Below are positions 10,080 through 19,921 of a DNA stretch of 64,000 nucleotides, one piece after another. The stretch is taken from the NCBI GenBank assembly GCA_965195195.1, contig CBDAFF010000083.1, positions 4,225-68,224 of the forward strand, in the 5' to 3' direction. Made by a program: the position numbers and the translations under genes. The notes below the pieces were generated by a model that was not told the origin of the DNA, did not search any database, and worked only from the letters and a program-made list of their open reading frames with translations. The DNA comes from an uncultured Anaerolineales bacterium (GTDB lineage Bacteria > Chloroflexota > Anaerolineae > Anaerolineales > E44-bin32). Positions within the stretch are counted from its first letter, which is position 1, and each line of letters begins with the position of its first letter.

Positions 10080-10226
10080 TTATATGGCGTTAACGATGCC
10101 ACTAAACACGTTTCCGATGGCAGGGCCGAGCAACGCAAGAATGACAATCACAACAACAGCCACTAGAACAAGAATTAAGGCGTACTCGACGAGGCCCTGT
10201 CCTTTCTCTTTTGGGGCAAATAACAT
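10080..10226 (-). CDS. flp: Flp-family type IVb pilin (48 aa), absent from the ORF track
   Basis: The reverse strand reads MLFAPKEKGQGLVEYALILVLVAVVVIVILALLGPAIGNVFSGIVNAI. This gives the G/QGLVEY prepilin processing motif followed by a hydrophobic helix. AGGAGG lies 7 nt upstream of the ATG. Confidence 0.85.
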   Translation of the reverse strand: MLFAPKEKGQGLVEYALILVLVAVVVIVILALLGPAIGNVFSGIVNAI

Positions 10227-10282
10227 AGCAGTTTCCTCCTTTCGTTAATATTTCGCCTGTTTTATGTTACAGGCTTGTAATC

Positions 10283-10311
10283 ATTATATTCAGGTGGAAT
10301 AGAAGATTCAA
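10283..10311 (-). promoter_or_regulatory. Candidate sigma-70-type promoter for flp
   Basis: The minus strand reads TTGAAT-N17-TATAAT, placing the -10 element about 57 nt upstream of the flp ATG. Confidence 0.5.
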
Positions 10312-10387
10312 TAGGACCAATATCCGGGGGAAGAGAGAACTATTCGTTTTTCAAAGGGTATTGGTGTGTATAAAAGCCGGGTTTCTA

Positions 10388-11455
10388 TTATTCCACCTGA
10401 TCCTCTGTAGATAATCGCACGACGATCCTTGCACCCTCGCCAGGTTTGCTGTCTATCTCCACCATTCCCCCGAGGCGTTCAATCTGGTTGCAGAGTACAT
10501 TGAGCGATCGCGATTCGTACTCCTCAGTCTCGATAATTTCAGGATCAAAGCCTACGCCATTATCCTCAATAGAAGCTCTCGCGTTCTTCTCGTCAAGATC
10601 GATCGTGATTTTTACCTGCGTAGCCTGTGCATGGTCGCGTACATTAGCAAGCAATGTCTGGATTGCACGGAAAAGCACAACCTCGTGATGAGATTCTAAA
10701 CGACGCTCAATGCCCGTGTTCAGTACAACGACATCTAAGCCCGTTTTTTCTTTAAACGCTTCAGCATAACGTTTAATAGTGGGCACCAACCCGAGATCAT
10801 CCAACATCATCGGGCGCAATTCGAAAATAAAATCGCGAATTTTTACAAAACTTGAGTTTGCCGCCTCCTTGAGATTTTCAAGCTCTTCGCGTGCTAATTC
10901 GACATCCGTGTCAAATAACCTGGCAGCAATCTCAGTTTGCAGGATAAAATTCGTCAGAACCTGAGCAGGGCCATCATGCATTTGACGCGAAATCTTACGT
11001 CTTTCATCCTCCTGGGCTTGAATGATTTTCCCAAACACGGTTTCCGAACCCCCCAATGGACTTTCCGCTTCTTCAACACCGATATCAGGTTTCTCCCCGA
11101 GGATTTTCAGCGTGCGCGTCAAGTACTCCGAGAATGTTTGAAGATGCTCCTCATCACTCTGCAGCTTCTCAAGCTGTCCGCGCATCGTGTAAAGGCGCTG
11201 TTGAGCATCAAGTGCGTCATCATAGGCCGTGCGGATATCCTCACGCGGGACAGTGTCGAAATGAGCCTGCAGTTGATGGATGCGGCTTGTGATATTAGCG
11301 TTGCGTTTCGCTAACTTTTCAACCTCGCCATGGCTTTGCTCGACAAGAAGCCTAATTTCCGTAATCCCTCGCTGCGCCTTGTCAAGGTGAGCGTGGGACT
11401 CCTCAAGGAAGGCTTCGAGGGGAGTGAGTTCTACAGCACCTTCATTCTCGGTCAT
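10388..11455 (-). CDS. Cytoplasmic sensor histidine kinase, HisKA_3/DegS-like
   Basis: No TM segment. A coiled-coil N-terminus is followed by the H-box ISRQMHDGPAQ and a C-terminal HATPase (DNGVGF). Confidence 0.85.
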   Translation of the reverse strand: MTENEGAVELTPLEAFLEESHAHLDKAQRGITEIRLLVEQSHGEVEKLAKRNANITSRIHQLQAHFDTVPREDIRTAYDDALDAQQRLYTMRGQLEKLQSDEEHLQTFSEYLTRTLKILGEKPDIGVEEAESPLGGSETVFGKIIQAQEDERRKISRQMHDGPAQVLTNFILQTEIAARLFDTDVELAREELENLKEAANSSFVKIRDFIFELRPMMLDDLGLVPTIKRYAEAFKEKTGLDVVVLNTGIERRLESHHEVVLFRAIQTLLANVRDHAQATQVKITIDLDEKNARASIEDNGVGFDPEIIETEEYESRSLNVLCNQIERLGGMVEIDSKPGEGARIVVRLSTEDQVE

Positions 11456-11467
11456 AACTGCTCCGGA

Positions 11468-12160
11468 TTATTTCCTCGTATCCTGTAGCCGTACCCATCC
11501 ATGCCTGAGGGCATACACAGCAGCCTGGGTTCGGTCTTCGACGTCTAACTTATGAAGTATAGCTGTCATATGGTTCTTTACAGTTTGATGGCTGATTCCC
11601 AATTTGGCTGCGATCTCCTTGTTACTCATGCCTCGTGTGACATATTGCAGAATCTCCATCTCGCGGGGTGAGAGCGGCGTGAAGGCTTCAATATCACCAT
11701 CTAGATGTGGTCGCCGTACGGCTTCAACACCACGAGAAAGCCAATCTTCAAGACCCTCTGCATCAAATACCTGGTCACCCACAATATAGAATCCACGGGC
11801 GACCTGCCGGACAATATCGACCAACTTCCCCGCCTCAACATCCTTCGAACAATATGCGGAGGCGCCCGCACTGAAAGCATGCAGGACTTGCTCAACATCG
11901 TCGTATGCCGTCAGGAGCACAATGGATGTATCTAAACGCTCAGCTTTTATCTGCCGCGTGACCTGCATACCATTCATGTTGGGCATATTAATGTCGATCA
12001 ATGCCACACGGGGGCGCAATTCACGCACCAATTGCAGCGCTTGATCGCCACTTGTCCCTTCCGCCAGAACATTCAAATCATCCTCAGCATCAATGACGCT
12101 TCGGACCCCCTCACGGAAAAGCGGATGATCATCGACAATGATGATACTGAATTTTTCCAT
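11468..12160 (-). CDS. NarL/LuxR-family response regulator (DegU-like)
   Basis: Receiver domain (IIIVDDHPLF...LIDINMPNMNG) plus a LuxR helix-turn-helix (LSPREMEILQYVTRGMSNKEIA). I chose the ATG at 12160 because GGTGG lies upstream. The open frame extends to 12202. Confidence 0.9.
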   Translation of the reverse strand: MEKFSIIIVDDHPLFREGVRSVIDAEDDLNVLAEGTSGDQALQLVRELRPRVALIDINMPNMNGMQVTRQIKAERLDTSIVLLTAYDDVEQVLHAFSAGASAYCSKDVEAGKLVDIVRQVARGFYIVGDQVFDAEGLEDWLSRGVEAVRRPHLDGDIEAFTPLSPREMEILQYVTRGMSNKEIAAKLGISHQTVKNHMTAILHKLDVEDRTQAAVYALRHGWVRLQDTRK

Positions 12161-12227
12161 AATATCGCCACCTTTAATATTTGACCGCGGGGAGTATAGC
12201 ATACTCAGATGATGCCGGGCAAACTCG

Positions 12228-13700
12228 TCAACGCCATCGGTAGATGGCCATATTTTCCCCGCCCGCTTGAGGTGAGAACTCCGAGTCCGTGGAGTATATC
12301 AACTCGCGGCCGCTGACTAAACGTGGATACCATCCCGGGAAAGTCATTAAGTAATCAGCGTAATGTCGATCAAGGAAGGAATCAAGAGCAACTTCACTGC
12401 GCATGATAGGTATCACCTCTGGCGTCACCAGGCCGGCAAGGTCGATGATCCCTCGCTTTCCAAAGTAACCGAGGGCTCCGATATCATGAGCTGCGATGGA
12501 CGAATCTGATTCCGTGTTCTCCGCTATCCAACGGGAAGCTCTTACCATCTCTGTTTCAATGATGGCGACATCAAGAGCATATGCCTGAGAACCCTGCCAC
12601 CAAAAAGTAACCACGACTGCTCCGAGCGAAATAATCCAAAAGCGATGGATGAAACGTCTTACCCTCGATTCCTCATACTGTGAGTACCAAATCCGGATCC
12701 CCTCGAAACCGACAACCAGTAGAATTGGTATTGTTGGGATGGCGTAACGGCCGTGCTGGTAGGTGGCGGGGAGTCGGAAAGCGTAAGCACCTATATAGGC
12801 ACCTGCCCAGATGATCGGAGCTAGCCGTTCCCATGAACGGGATTTAATCGCCTGGCTAATATAAAACAGAATACCCGGCAGCAGAATGATTAAAGCCCCG
12901 GCGGCGATCGCATTAAGTTGATCGAAGTAACGATAGAGGAAGGGTGACTGCTGAAGGACGCTGTACTCCACTTGCTTGGCGTAGAAAGTGCTTGGCCAAA
13001 CCGAGCCTGCCACGGACCAGTTCAAGGTCAAGTAGATCAGAAATGGTCCAGCTATGCCAACGATAACTCGCAGCAATGCGGCTCCAATTTGCCGTAGATT
13101 CCCTTGATGCATGATGAAAATAATCCAGGCTGCCGGAAGGAGAAGAGTCAACGCGTCCGGACGGACCCAGATACCGATGCCAATCAACACCCCCAAGCTA
13201 AAGAAGCCAAACACCCCCTTCGCCAATATCCAAAAAAATAGAACGGAGATAAATGCAAGAAGAATGGTCTCCATTCCTGACAACGCTGCCCAAACAAGAT
13301 GCCACTCTAAAAGAAGTAGTGCTGCCAATCCAATTCCCCACACACTGAAGGAACGATCCCTGGTTCTAACCCAGTCGACAGCTAGCCAGGCGGTCGCAAT
13401 CAATGCAGTTACACCAAGCCCATAAGTCCACCATTTGTATGGGATCTTTAATACATATCCGAGGGCAATTAGGGCGCTCCACAATGGAGCCGTCGAACCA
13501 GCGCTTGCTTGACCCGGAATGAACGACCACTCCCCCATTTCCCCGAGGTTACGGGCATATGTTTGATGAATCCACGCGTCGTCTAGAGGGAAGCCAAGAG
13601 AAATTTTTTGCGCGCATATGATAAGGAAAGCCCCAGCGGAGAGAGCCCCCACTGCGATGACAGCAAATAAAAATAACTTTCGTTTAGTGGAACCCTTCAC
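12228..13700 (-). CDS. Polytopic membrane protein, GT-C-like glycosyltransferase candidate (1 of 7)
   Basis: 490 aa with more than 10 predicted TM helices. The acidic motif PLDDAWIHQTYARNL follows TM1, and a soluble C-terminal domain is present. Confidence 0.65.
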   Translation of the reverse strand: MKGSTKRKLFLFAVIAVGALSAGAFLIICAQKISLGFPLDDAWIHQTYARNLGEMGEWSFIPGQASAGSTAPLWSALIALGYVLKIPYKWWTYGLGVTALIATAWLAVDWVRTRDRSFSVWGIGLAALLLLEWHLVWAALSGMETILLAFISVLFFWILAKGVFGFFSLGVLIGIGIWVRPDALTLLLPAAWIIFIMHQGNLRQIGAALLRVIVGIAGPFLIYLTLNWSVAGSVWPSTFYAKQVEYSVLQQSPFLYRYFDQLNAIAAGALIILLPGILFYISQAIKSRSWERLAPIIWAGAYIGAYAFRLPATYQHGRYAIPTIPILLVVGFEGIRIWYSQYEESRVRRFIHRFWIISLGAVVVTFWWQGSQAYALDVAIIETEMVRASRWIAENTESDSSIAAHDIGALGYFGKRGIIDLAGLVTPEVIPIMRSEVALDSFLDRHYADYLMTFPGWYPRLVSGRELIYSTDSEFSPQAGGENMAIYRWR

Positions 13701-13719
13701 ACCCTCACCTTTATTTCGC

Positions 13720-15276
13720 TCATTGGATTTCGAAAATCAGCACCGGCTCGTTATTGTGATCAAAGAACCTCACCCGCTCCTTCATCCATGGCACCTTTAT
13801 CTGGCCATGGTAAAGATCCGCCAGTCCTTCTGGGTGATTTACATCAAGTATGACCCACTCGACTGCGAAACGATCCACTACCTGATGTAATTCAGCTTCC
13901 CCACCATTCGGTATTACGACCGAACCCCGCAAAGATGAAAGATAGAAACCCGGCGGATTGTTGATGGCCACGATGCTGTCGTCAGAATCGAAGTTATTCA
14001 ATGTTGCTGCTGCTGCATCATAGGTTCGCTTCGGTCCCATCCAGAGAAGAGTATTCGTTTGAATTCCTATCACCTTCGTTACAAAGAGACCTACAGTGAG
14101 CATGGCCGCCATTGCAAATACCGTGACCGCAAACACCCGCTGCGCCTGCGCTTCATCCCAGCGACGGAGATGGCTCAGCCACTGAATAGCTCGATGAAGC
14201 CCGGCAGGAACGAGTACCCACAGCAGCGGCATCAACGCCGCGCTGGAATGGAAGAGTCCTCCAAGAGACCCGGCAAAAGGGAAAACGAAGCTCATCGTGA
14301 GGAATAAAACCACGAGATAGATCGCAGCCAGGCGGGTTTCAAACGCCTGCCACAATTCACGGAAACCAAGGATCATAAATGGAGCCAGTATGACCAAGCC
14401 ATTTTCGCCAATGAGCCGTTGTAGGTTTATCCAAAGTGCAGCGAACCTCACCTGCAGAATTGCGGATAAACCTTGTGAGATGAAGTGCTGGAGGGTCAAA
14501 ATGCTGCTAGGGTAGCTGAACAGTTCTGGATACGATCTCAACCACAGTGTCTTTGCTCCTGTCGAGGAGAGAAGTGATCCCACGATCAGATAATTTCGCA
14601 AAAACCACGGGGCCATAACTAGGAAGTAACCGGAGACCATCAATGCGAAGCGCTGAAGTTTCCTCTCACTTGAATAAGAGACGGCAGCAAGCGCAGGCAG
14701 GAAAAGGAGAAGCCCATCGGCGCGGGCGAGATGCGCCAGACCGATCATCATTCCTGAGACGAGCCAAGCACCGTTCCTTCCGCTACGTAAACCTTTCCCG
14801 GTAAAGTAGAAAAAAACGGCTCCAATTAGAGCGTAGACAATAAAAACATCCGTGGTCAGAAAGTATGGAAAGTAAAACCCTGGGACGAGAGCCAGCAAGC
14901 CCGAATACCATGCCCAGCTTCGATTGCCATGAACCTGGAGAGCAAGTGCAGCAGTGACCAAAGGAAGCGACGCACTCATCATGATGAATGGAATCTGCGC
15001 CACTCTAAATGCCTGCCCTAAGAAAGCCATCGGCAAAGCTGCGATAAGCGATGTGAGTGGCAGCCAATAAAGATGTGACGGATGCGGTAATCCAGTCGGA
15101 TCATCCAGATAATTCCAGAGAAATGGTTCGATGAACCCATGGCCTCGTGATAATTCTTGACCCGTAGCAAAATAGTAATCTGCATCCATGTAGCCAGGGC
15201 TTTGAATCCAAATGGCCCCAAGCCCTGCCACAAAAAGTCCAAGAACAAATAGCGATATCCAACGCCAGGTCCGCAT
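13720..15276 (-). CDS. Polytopic membrane protein, GT-C/GT39-like glycosyltransferase candidate (2 of 7)
   Basis: 518 aa and multi-TM. YMDADYYF follows TM1, and a soluble C-terminal domain is present. Confidence 0.65.
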   Translation of the reverse strand: MRTWRWISLFVLGLFVAGLGAIWIQSPGYMDADYYFATGQELSRGHGFIEPFLWNYLDDPTGLPHPSHLYWLPLTSLIAALPMAFLGQAFRVAQIPFIMMSASLPLVTAALALQVHGNRSWAWYSGLLALVPGFYFPYFLTTDVFIVYALIGAVFFYFTGKGLRSGRNGAWLVSGMMIGLAHLARADGLLLFLPALAAVSYSSERKLQRFALMVSGYFLVMAPWFLRNYLIVGSLLSSTGAKTLWLRSYPELFSYPSSILTLQHFISQGLSAILQVRFAALWINLQRLIGENGLVILAPFMILGFRELWQAFETRLAAIYLVVLFLTMSFVFPFAGSLGGLFHSSAALMPLLWVLVPAGLHRAIQWLSHLRRWDEAQAQRVFAVTVFAMAAMLTVGLFVTKVIGIQTNTLLWMGPKRTYDAAAATLNNFDSDDSIVAINNPPGFYLSSLRGSVVIPNGGEAELHQVVDRFAVEWVILDVNHPEGLADLYHGQIKVPWMKERVRFFDHNNEPVLIFEIQ

Positions 15277-15333
15277 CTTGAGAACTACCTCGTTAATCTC
15301 TATTAGCTTTAAAAGGTGTCCCTATCCAAAAGA

Positions 15334-16866
15334 TCAATCTAGGTTTACATTTTCTCTGCTTTCAAACCTGTAAAGGGATAAATCATCCCAGGCGGTTTGT
15401 TCAACCAGGCTATAGTGTTCTTCCAGCCATGAAAGGTGGGGATGTTTTTTCGCTCCAAGCGCATCATAATCGTCGAGCTCGCGCCCGAACATCACGAAAA
15501 ATACCTGCCGCGCGTCCCCAACCGCGTGGATCGCATCCGGTTGGGCAATAAGACCCAGTACTTCTTGTGTCGGCAACGCGAGGGTATCGCTCCCTGATCC
15601 AGGTGGATCGGCAATATAAGTATGCGGAAGCGACTCATCATAGTAATAAGCTGGGAGCATTGTGATTTTATTCGAGTGCAAGACAACCCCTCCCTCTTCT
15701 ATCTCGGAGTTGATGTAATCATTCACATTTTCAAATGGAGCATAAGGAAATCCCCGATAGGCTACACGAGAGAATAACCCAATCGCAAAAGCTAAAGCTA
15801 AACAACCGATCATGAGGTACGACTCCACGCGTCGCCCCGCACGGGGTGCAATAACCCACGCGATCCAGAGTAGAAAGATGACGCCGGAGGGCACTAAGCC
15901 CCGCACGACAAACAGGGGCCGAATCTGCGAGACAAGAAAAAGAAGAAGAACTGGGGCAGCGCTTAAATAAATCAACCAAATTACCCGCTCTGCGCGAGGA
16001 TCCCCCTCTCGAACCGCCCGGAATGTAATTACTCCCGCAAGAACAATCACAAGCAATGCACAAAAAAGAGTGACCGGAAGCCAACTTACATTGATAGGGA
16101 GACCAGAAATAAAGGACAGGACTGTTTGAACCAGGTCCACCAGCGTAGGCTTCGTAATCCAGTAAGCACGTTCGACTTTCGCAACTTGTGCAGGAAGCTG
16201 AAGTCCCCAGGGTAAATACAAAACAATCGCGATAAGCGCCGAGAGTAATGCGGGTCGAAATAATCTCACCTTGCGGAAATACAGCGGGGATAACCAGAGA
16301 GGGATGAGATAGAAGACTGCCAGGACATGCGTATACATCGCTAGAGCCGCAAAGATGCCAAAGGCGACCCATGGGAAATACTTGCCCCCTTGGATGCCCC
16401 TCCAAACGCACAGAGTGGCGAAAACGATCCATAGACTGAGAAGGCCGTACATACGCGCTTCCTGTCCGTAATGCACCTGGAAAGGCGCGAAGGAAAATAA
16501 TAACCCTGCCAATACAGCCTGCTTCAATCCAAACATCTCTTGCATCAGATACCATAGCAAGATGAGCAATGCGAGGTGAATTAGAACCGATAGGAAACGA
16601 ACGAAGATGACTTTCTGGCCAAAAAGCAGCATCCAAGCCCAGAGAAGCGTGTAATAGAGCAACGGGTGCACATCCGCGGCTGTTCCGTCTACGAGCCCCA
16701 GAGTTCCCTGCAGCATTGCCTTCGGGCCTGTGCGCGAAAATAGAATAGAGAATGCCTCGTCATACCACAGAGAGCGTGAAGCTAAGGATGGAATTCGGAT
16801 GGCGAGGACAAGCGCGAGAAGCGCGAGTAATAATATTTTCGTATTTTTCTGCAAAAATACTGTCAA
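15334..16866 (-). CDS. GT39/ArnT-PMT-like glycosyltransferase candidate (3 of 7)
   Basis: 510 aa and multi-TM. SLWYDEAFS follows TM1, a typical first-loop D-E motif of the ArnT/PMT-like family. Confidence 0.7.
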   Translation of the reverse strand: MTVFLQKNTKILLLALLALVLAIRIPSLASRSLWYDEAFSILFSRTGPKAMLQGTLGLVDGTAADVHPLLYYTLLWAWMLLFGQKVIFVRFLSVLIHLALLILLWYLMQEMFGLKQAVLAGLLFSFAPFQVHYGQEARMYGLLSLWIVFATLCVWRGIQGGKYFPWVAFGIFAALAMYTHVLAVFYLIPLWLSPLYFRKVRLFRPALLSALIAIVLYLPWGLQLPAQVAKVERAYWITKPTLVDLVQTVLSFISGLPINVSWLPVTLFCALLVIVLAGVITFRAVREGDPRAERVIWLIYLSAAPVLLLFLVSQIRPLFVVRGLVPSGVIFLLWIAWVIAPRAGRRVESYLMIGCLALAFAIGLFSRVAYRGFPYAPFENVNDYINSEIEEGGVVLHSNKITMLPAYYYDESLPHTYIADPPGSGSDTLALPTQEVLGLIAQPDAIHAVGDARQVFFVMFGRELDDYDALGAKKHPHLSWLEEHYSLVEQTAWDDLSLYRFESRENVNLD

Positions 16867-16911
16867 AGTTCCTCGCTTTTCTCTCTGAGCATAAGCACCC
16901 GTTCCATAAAT

Positions 16912-18141
16912 TCAGTCCTCCCACATTGGTAGACGAGTTGAACTTATGACCCACCAACGCGACCAGAGCAGCCCGAGCAGGGTTAGGATCGGTAGAGGCA
17001 GATACATCACAGCGTGTTCAACGTTCCCCTGCACGGTTACCAAGAATAACATCCACAACCCGACTAACAACCCCAAGAGTGTCAGCAAGGACGCGATCAA
17101 TCCGCCTTTGCCCCAACGATCTTCCCAGGTCTTGAAAATTATCAACAAAGCAGGCAGCATGACGACAAAATTCGTCGTAGCAGTCCGAAAAGCGATGAGG
17201 TTCGTGATCACAATTGTCAGCGCGGCCGCCCATTGGAACCATGGATCATCCTTGCCGGCTGCCATAATCCATTCCCATAATAAATAAAGAGATAGCAACC
17301 CGGTGAGGATCAGGTTAGCGATCCCGCCTCCTCCTGGTAGGAAGCTTGTTAGAATCGAGATCGGTGACCCCAGATCGGTGTAACTGGGATACGAAAGCAA
17401 TTGACCCAACCACCCCAACGGCCAACTCGGTAAGGCAATGAGAGAGCCGGCGATAAGAACCGTTATCACCCCAAGGAACCACCCCACGATCTTTAATCTT
17501 CGAGCGCGGAGAGACCAAATGAGGACGAAGGGGATAATTAGAAAAGACATCTGCGGCTTGGCAATCGTCAATGCCAGGACAATGCCGGCAGCCTCATCCA
17601 TCTCCCTTTGAATAGCGAGAAGAGCGATCGCGATTAAGACTGCTTCTATCACCGCAAATTGACCTATGATCACCGCCCGCGCGCCGTGATACCAGAGAAT
17701 AGAAAACAGGATGATGGCAGCCTGCACCAATCGATTCGGCGACCAGCGCGCCAAACGAAGACCTATGAGGCCTAGGACCACCAGGTATATCTCAAGGAGT
17801 GTCATCCAAATTGCGCGTGCTATCGGGAAAGGCAATAATCCGAAGGGTCCAAAAAACAACATAGCCGGAAGCGGGTAAACAAAATGGGCGATATCTTCAC
17901 CCTTTGAAGGGTCGGCTGGTCGGCCATAAATCATCGTCTGCGCGGCGAGACTAACCTCTTCATCGTATGGATTGACACCTTCAACCAGCCAGTAATGCGC
18001 GCCTGTCCATCGGGCGAGGAAATCATTACCCCCGGGAGATTGGCGCACAAAGCTGTAATTGGCGACAAACAAGCCAATAAGAAAACCGAATAGACCAATC
18101 AGAAGAGCGATTCTTAGCCAGTTTGGCAGATAGTATTTCAA
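16912..18141 (-). CDS. DUF2029/GT87-like membrane glycosyltransferase candidate (4 of 7)
   Basis: 409 aa and multi-TM. GGNDFLARWTGAHYWLVEGVNPYD follows TM1, resembling PimE/GT87-type mannosyltransferases. Confidence 0.6.
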   Translation of the reverse strand: MKYYLPNWLRIALLIGLFGFLIGLFVANYSFVRQSPGGNDFLARWTGAHYWLVEGVNPYDEEVSLAAQTMIYGRPADPSKGEDIAHFVYPLPAMLFFGPFGLLPFPIARAIWMTLLEIYLVVLGLIGLRLARWSPNRLVQAAIILFSILWYHGARAVIIGQFAVIEAVLIAIALLAIQREMDEAAGIVLALTIAKPQMSFLIIPFVLIWSLRARRLKIVGWFLGVITVLIAGSLIALPSWPLGWLGQLLSYPSYTDLGSPISILTSFLPGGGGIANLILTGLLSLYLLWEWIMAAGKDDPWFQWAAALTIVITNLIAFRTATTNFVVMLPALLIIFKTWEDRWGKGGLIASLLTLLGLLVGLWMLFLVTVQGNVEHAVMYLPLPILTLLGLLWSRWWVISSTRLPMWED

Positions 18142-18253
18142 ACTTCACCCCCGGAAACGGCTCGACAAACCATACTCTTCGAGGAACGAAATATTATCGA
18201 TTCTCTTTCGATAGTTAGTTGTTCCCCATTGTGAGATCCCATAAACATCATCC

Positions 18254-19735
18254 CTATTGAGGAAAGCTGAGAACGACCGCAAGCTCATCCTCGTAGTCGA
18301 TTTCCCAGCCTTGCGATTCAAGGCGTATCCTCAGAGGAGCCCAGGGCTCGAGCAACACTATCTCGATATCCCACGTCTCAAAGACTTGTTCCCAGCCTTG
18401 TAAGCCTCGCCAGCTAATGAGGTATTCATCCAGAATCTCGTCGTCGAAGAGATCCGTTCGACCGTCTACAAAACTAAGAAAATCGGGATGAAGCTCCCAA
18501 ATAACATAACCTCCCCAGTTATATGAATTAAAAAGGTTCTTGTTAGGCTTGACAGACCGTAGATATTCAACCGCACGAACCGGGAATTCCTCCTCGATTG
18601 CATCCTGGTTCACCTGAGAAGATAACGACAACGAGATCTTCAAGCCCGAAGCTACAACTAATAATAAAAATACAGTAAGGTTCACCCACTTGGCGGCACT
18701 TTGCGGAAGCTGCACCGCAGAACCTGAGCCGAGGTGCATATCATCCAGAATTTCATCAAGATGGCGTGTGATAACCGGCGCGGCAACGAGTGCAAATAAT
18801 GCGATATTCCGGCTAGCGAGAAGAGCAAGCGCTAGAAATACGAGAACAAGGATGATTTCCGTGGGATCACCCCTGCGGCGAGACCTGTATAAAGTTCCGA
18901 TTAGAAGCAATAACATCAGAAGAAAGGGTAAAACCTGAGCCTGATGAAAATTTGGAGATTGCCATTCCTGAATGTAATCCTGAAGAACCTGAATAGAGAC
19001 CGTCTTGAAGGGGTAAAGAAGCATCTGTGGTCCGTGCGGATTGATTGAAACCGCTAGAGCGCAAAGAAAACTGACCAAAAGAAGGTTGAATATCTCCCTT
19101 TTGTGCTGATCCCACGCGGATCGCCAATCCCCGTCACCTTGAAAAGCTTCGTGGACCAGCTGGACGGTTTCTCCGCAAAGATAAACTCCAAGGATCAAAA
19201 AGCCGATCGCGAAACCTCCATGCACATTAACCCAGAGAATCATCGCCAACGGAAGTGACCATAGCAACCACGTTCTTCGCTTCCGAGGAGGATAGAGCAC
19301 GAATAGGAAATAGCCTGCAAGAACAAAGCTGATGATCTGCGGTCGTGCGGACCAATACACTCCGGAAGCAGACGCAGCGAGCAGGATAACGAAAGCCTTA
19401 AGCAGGTCTCGACCCTCGAGCGTGCACCACACGAACGCGAAAGCAGCCACCACCATCAACGCAGTGAATAAATTTAAACCTGCGAAGCTGAAGTTCCGAA
19501 AGGCGGCATAGAGAAGAATCTGCGCAAGCCATCCGGGGTAAATCCAAGCAGAGCCCTGACGTGTAAGTGAATAAAGATCCGTTCGCAGGATCGCCCGATT
19601 GGCAAGCATCCACTCACCCGCTTTTAGATGCCACCACGTATCGTAGCCAATGGAGGCACGGACAGCCATGGTGAAAATAGCCAGGAAAGTGATACCAAAC
19701 ACCAGGCGTTTGAACGTCATAGGTGTGCCTTCCAT
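18254..19735 (-). CDS. Polytopic membrane protein, GT-C-like candidate (5 of 7)
   Basis: 493 aa and multi-TM. GYDTWWHLKAGEWM follows TM1, and a soluble C-terminal domain is present. Confidence 0.55.
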   Translation of the reverse strand: MEGTPMTFKRLVFGITFLAIFTMAVRASIGYDTWWHLKAGEWMLANRAILRTDLYSLTRQGSAWIYPGWLAQILLYAAFRNFSFAGLNLFTALMVVAAFAFVWCTLEGRDLLKAFVILLAASASGVYWSARPQIISFVLAGYFLFVLYPPRKRRTWLLWSLPLAMILWVNVHGGFAIGFLILGVYLCGETVQLVHEAFQGDGDWRSAWDQHKREIFNLLLVSFLCALAVSINPHGPQMLLYPFKTVSIQVLQDYIQEWQSPNFHQAQVLPFLLMLLLLIGTLYRSRRRGDPTEIILVLVFLALALLASRNIALFALVAAPVITRHLDEILDDMHLGSGSAVQLPQSAAKWVNLTVFLLLVVASGLKISLSLSSQVNQDAIEEEFPVRAVEYLRSVKPNKNLFNSYNWGGYVIWELHPDFLSFVDGRTDLFDDEILDEYLISWRGLQGWEQVFETWDIEIVLLEPWAPLRIRLESQGWEIDYEDELAVVLSFPQ

Positions 19736-19921
19736 CTACTAATGCTGGATGATGAATGCATGATATTTTCCTGTGGAGAACCACCCGATCCAATTTGCAG
19801 ATGTATAAACATCCACCCCAAATTATCCAGTTTCACCCTTGCATCTCCTGTGCCAATAGCAGAAGAATACTCATCAGCTTCAAACTTACCCAAGCTGCCT
19901 TGATAAGGCTGCTTGCTGCAG

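Noticed and set aside
15731-16636. 301-aa ORF in an alternative frame of the same strand inside the GT39-like gene.
   Set aside because: It is fully nested and its composition (rich in Cys, Ser, Arg and Pro) is not protein-like. The host frame has a coherent TM topology and the YDEAF motif.
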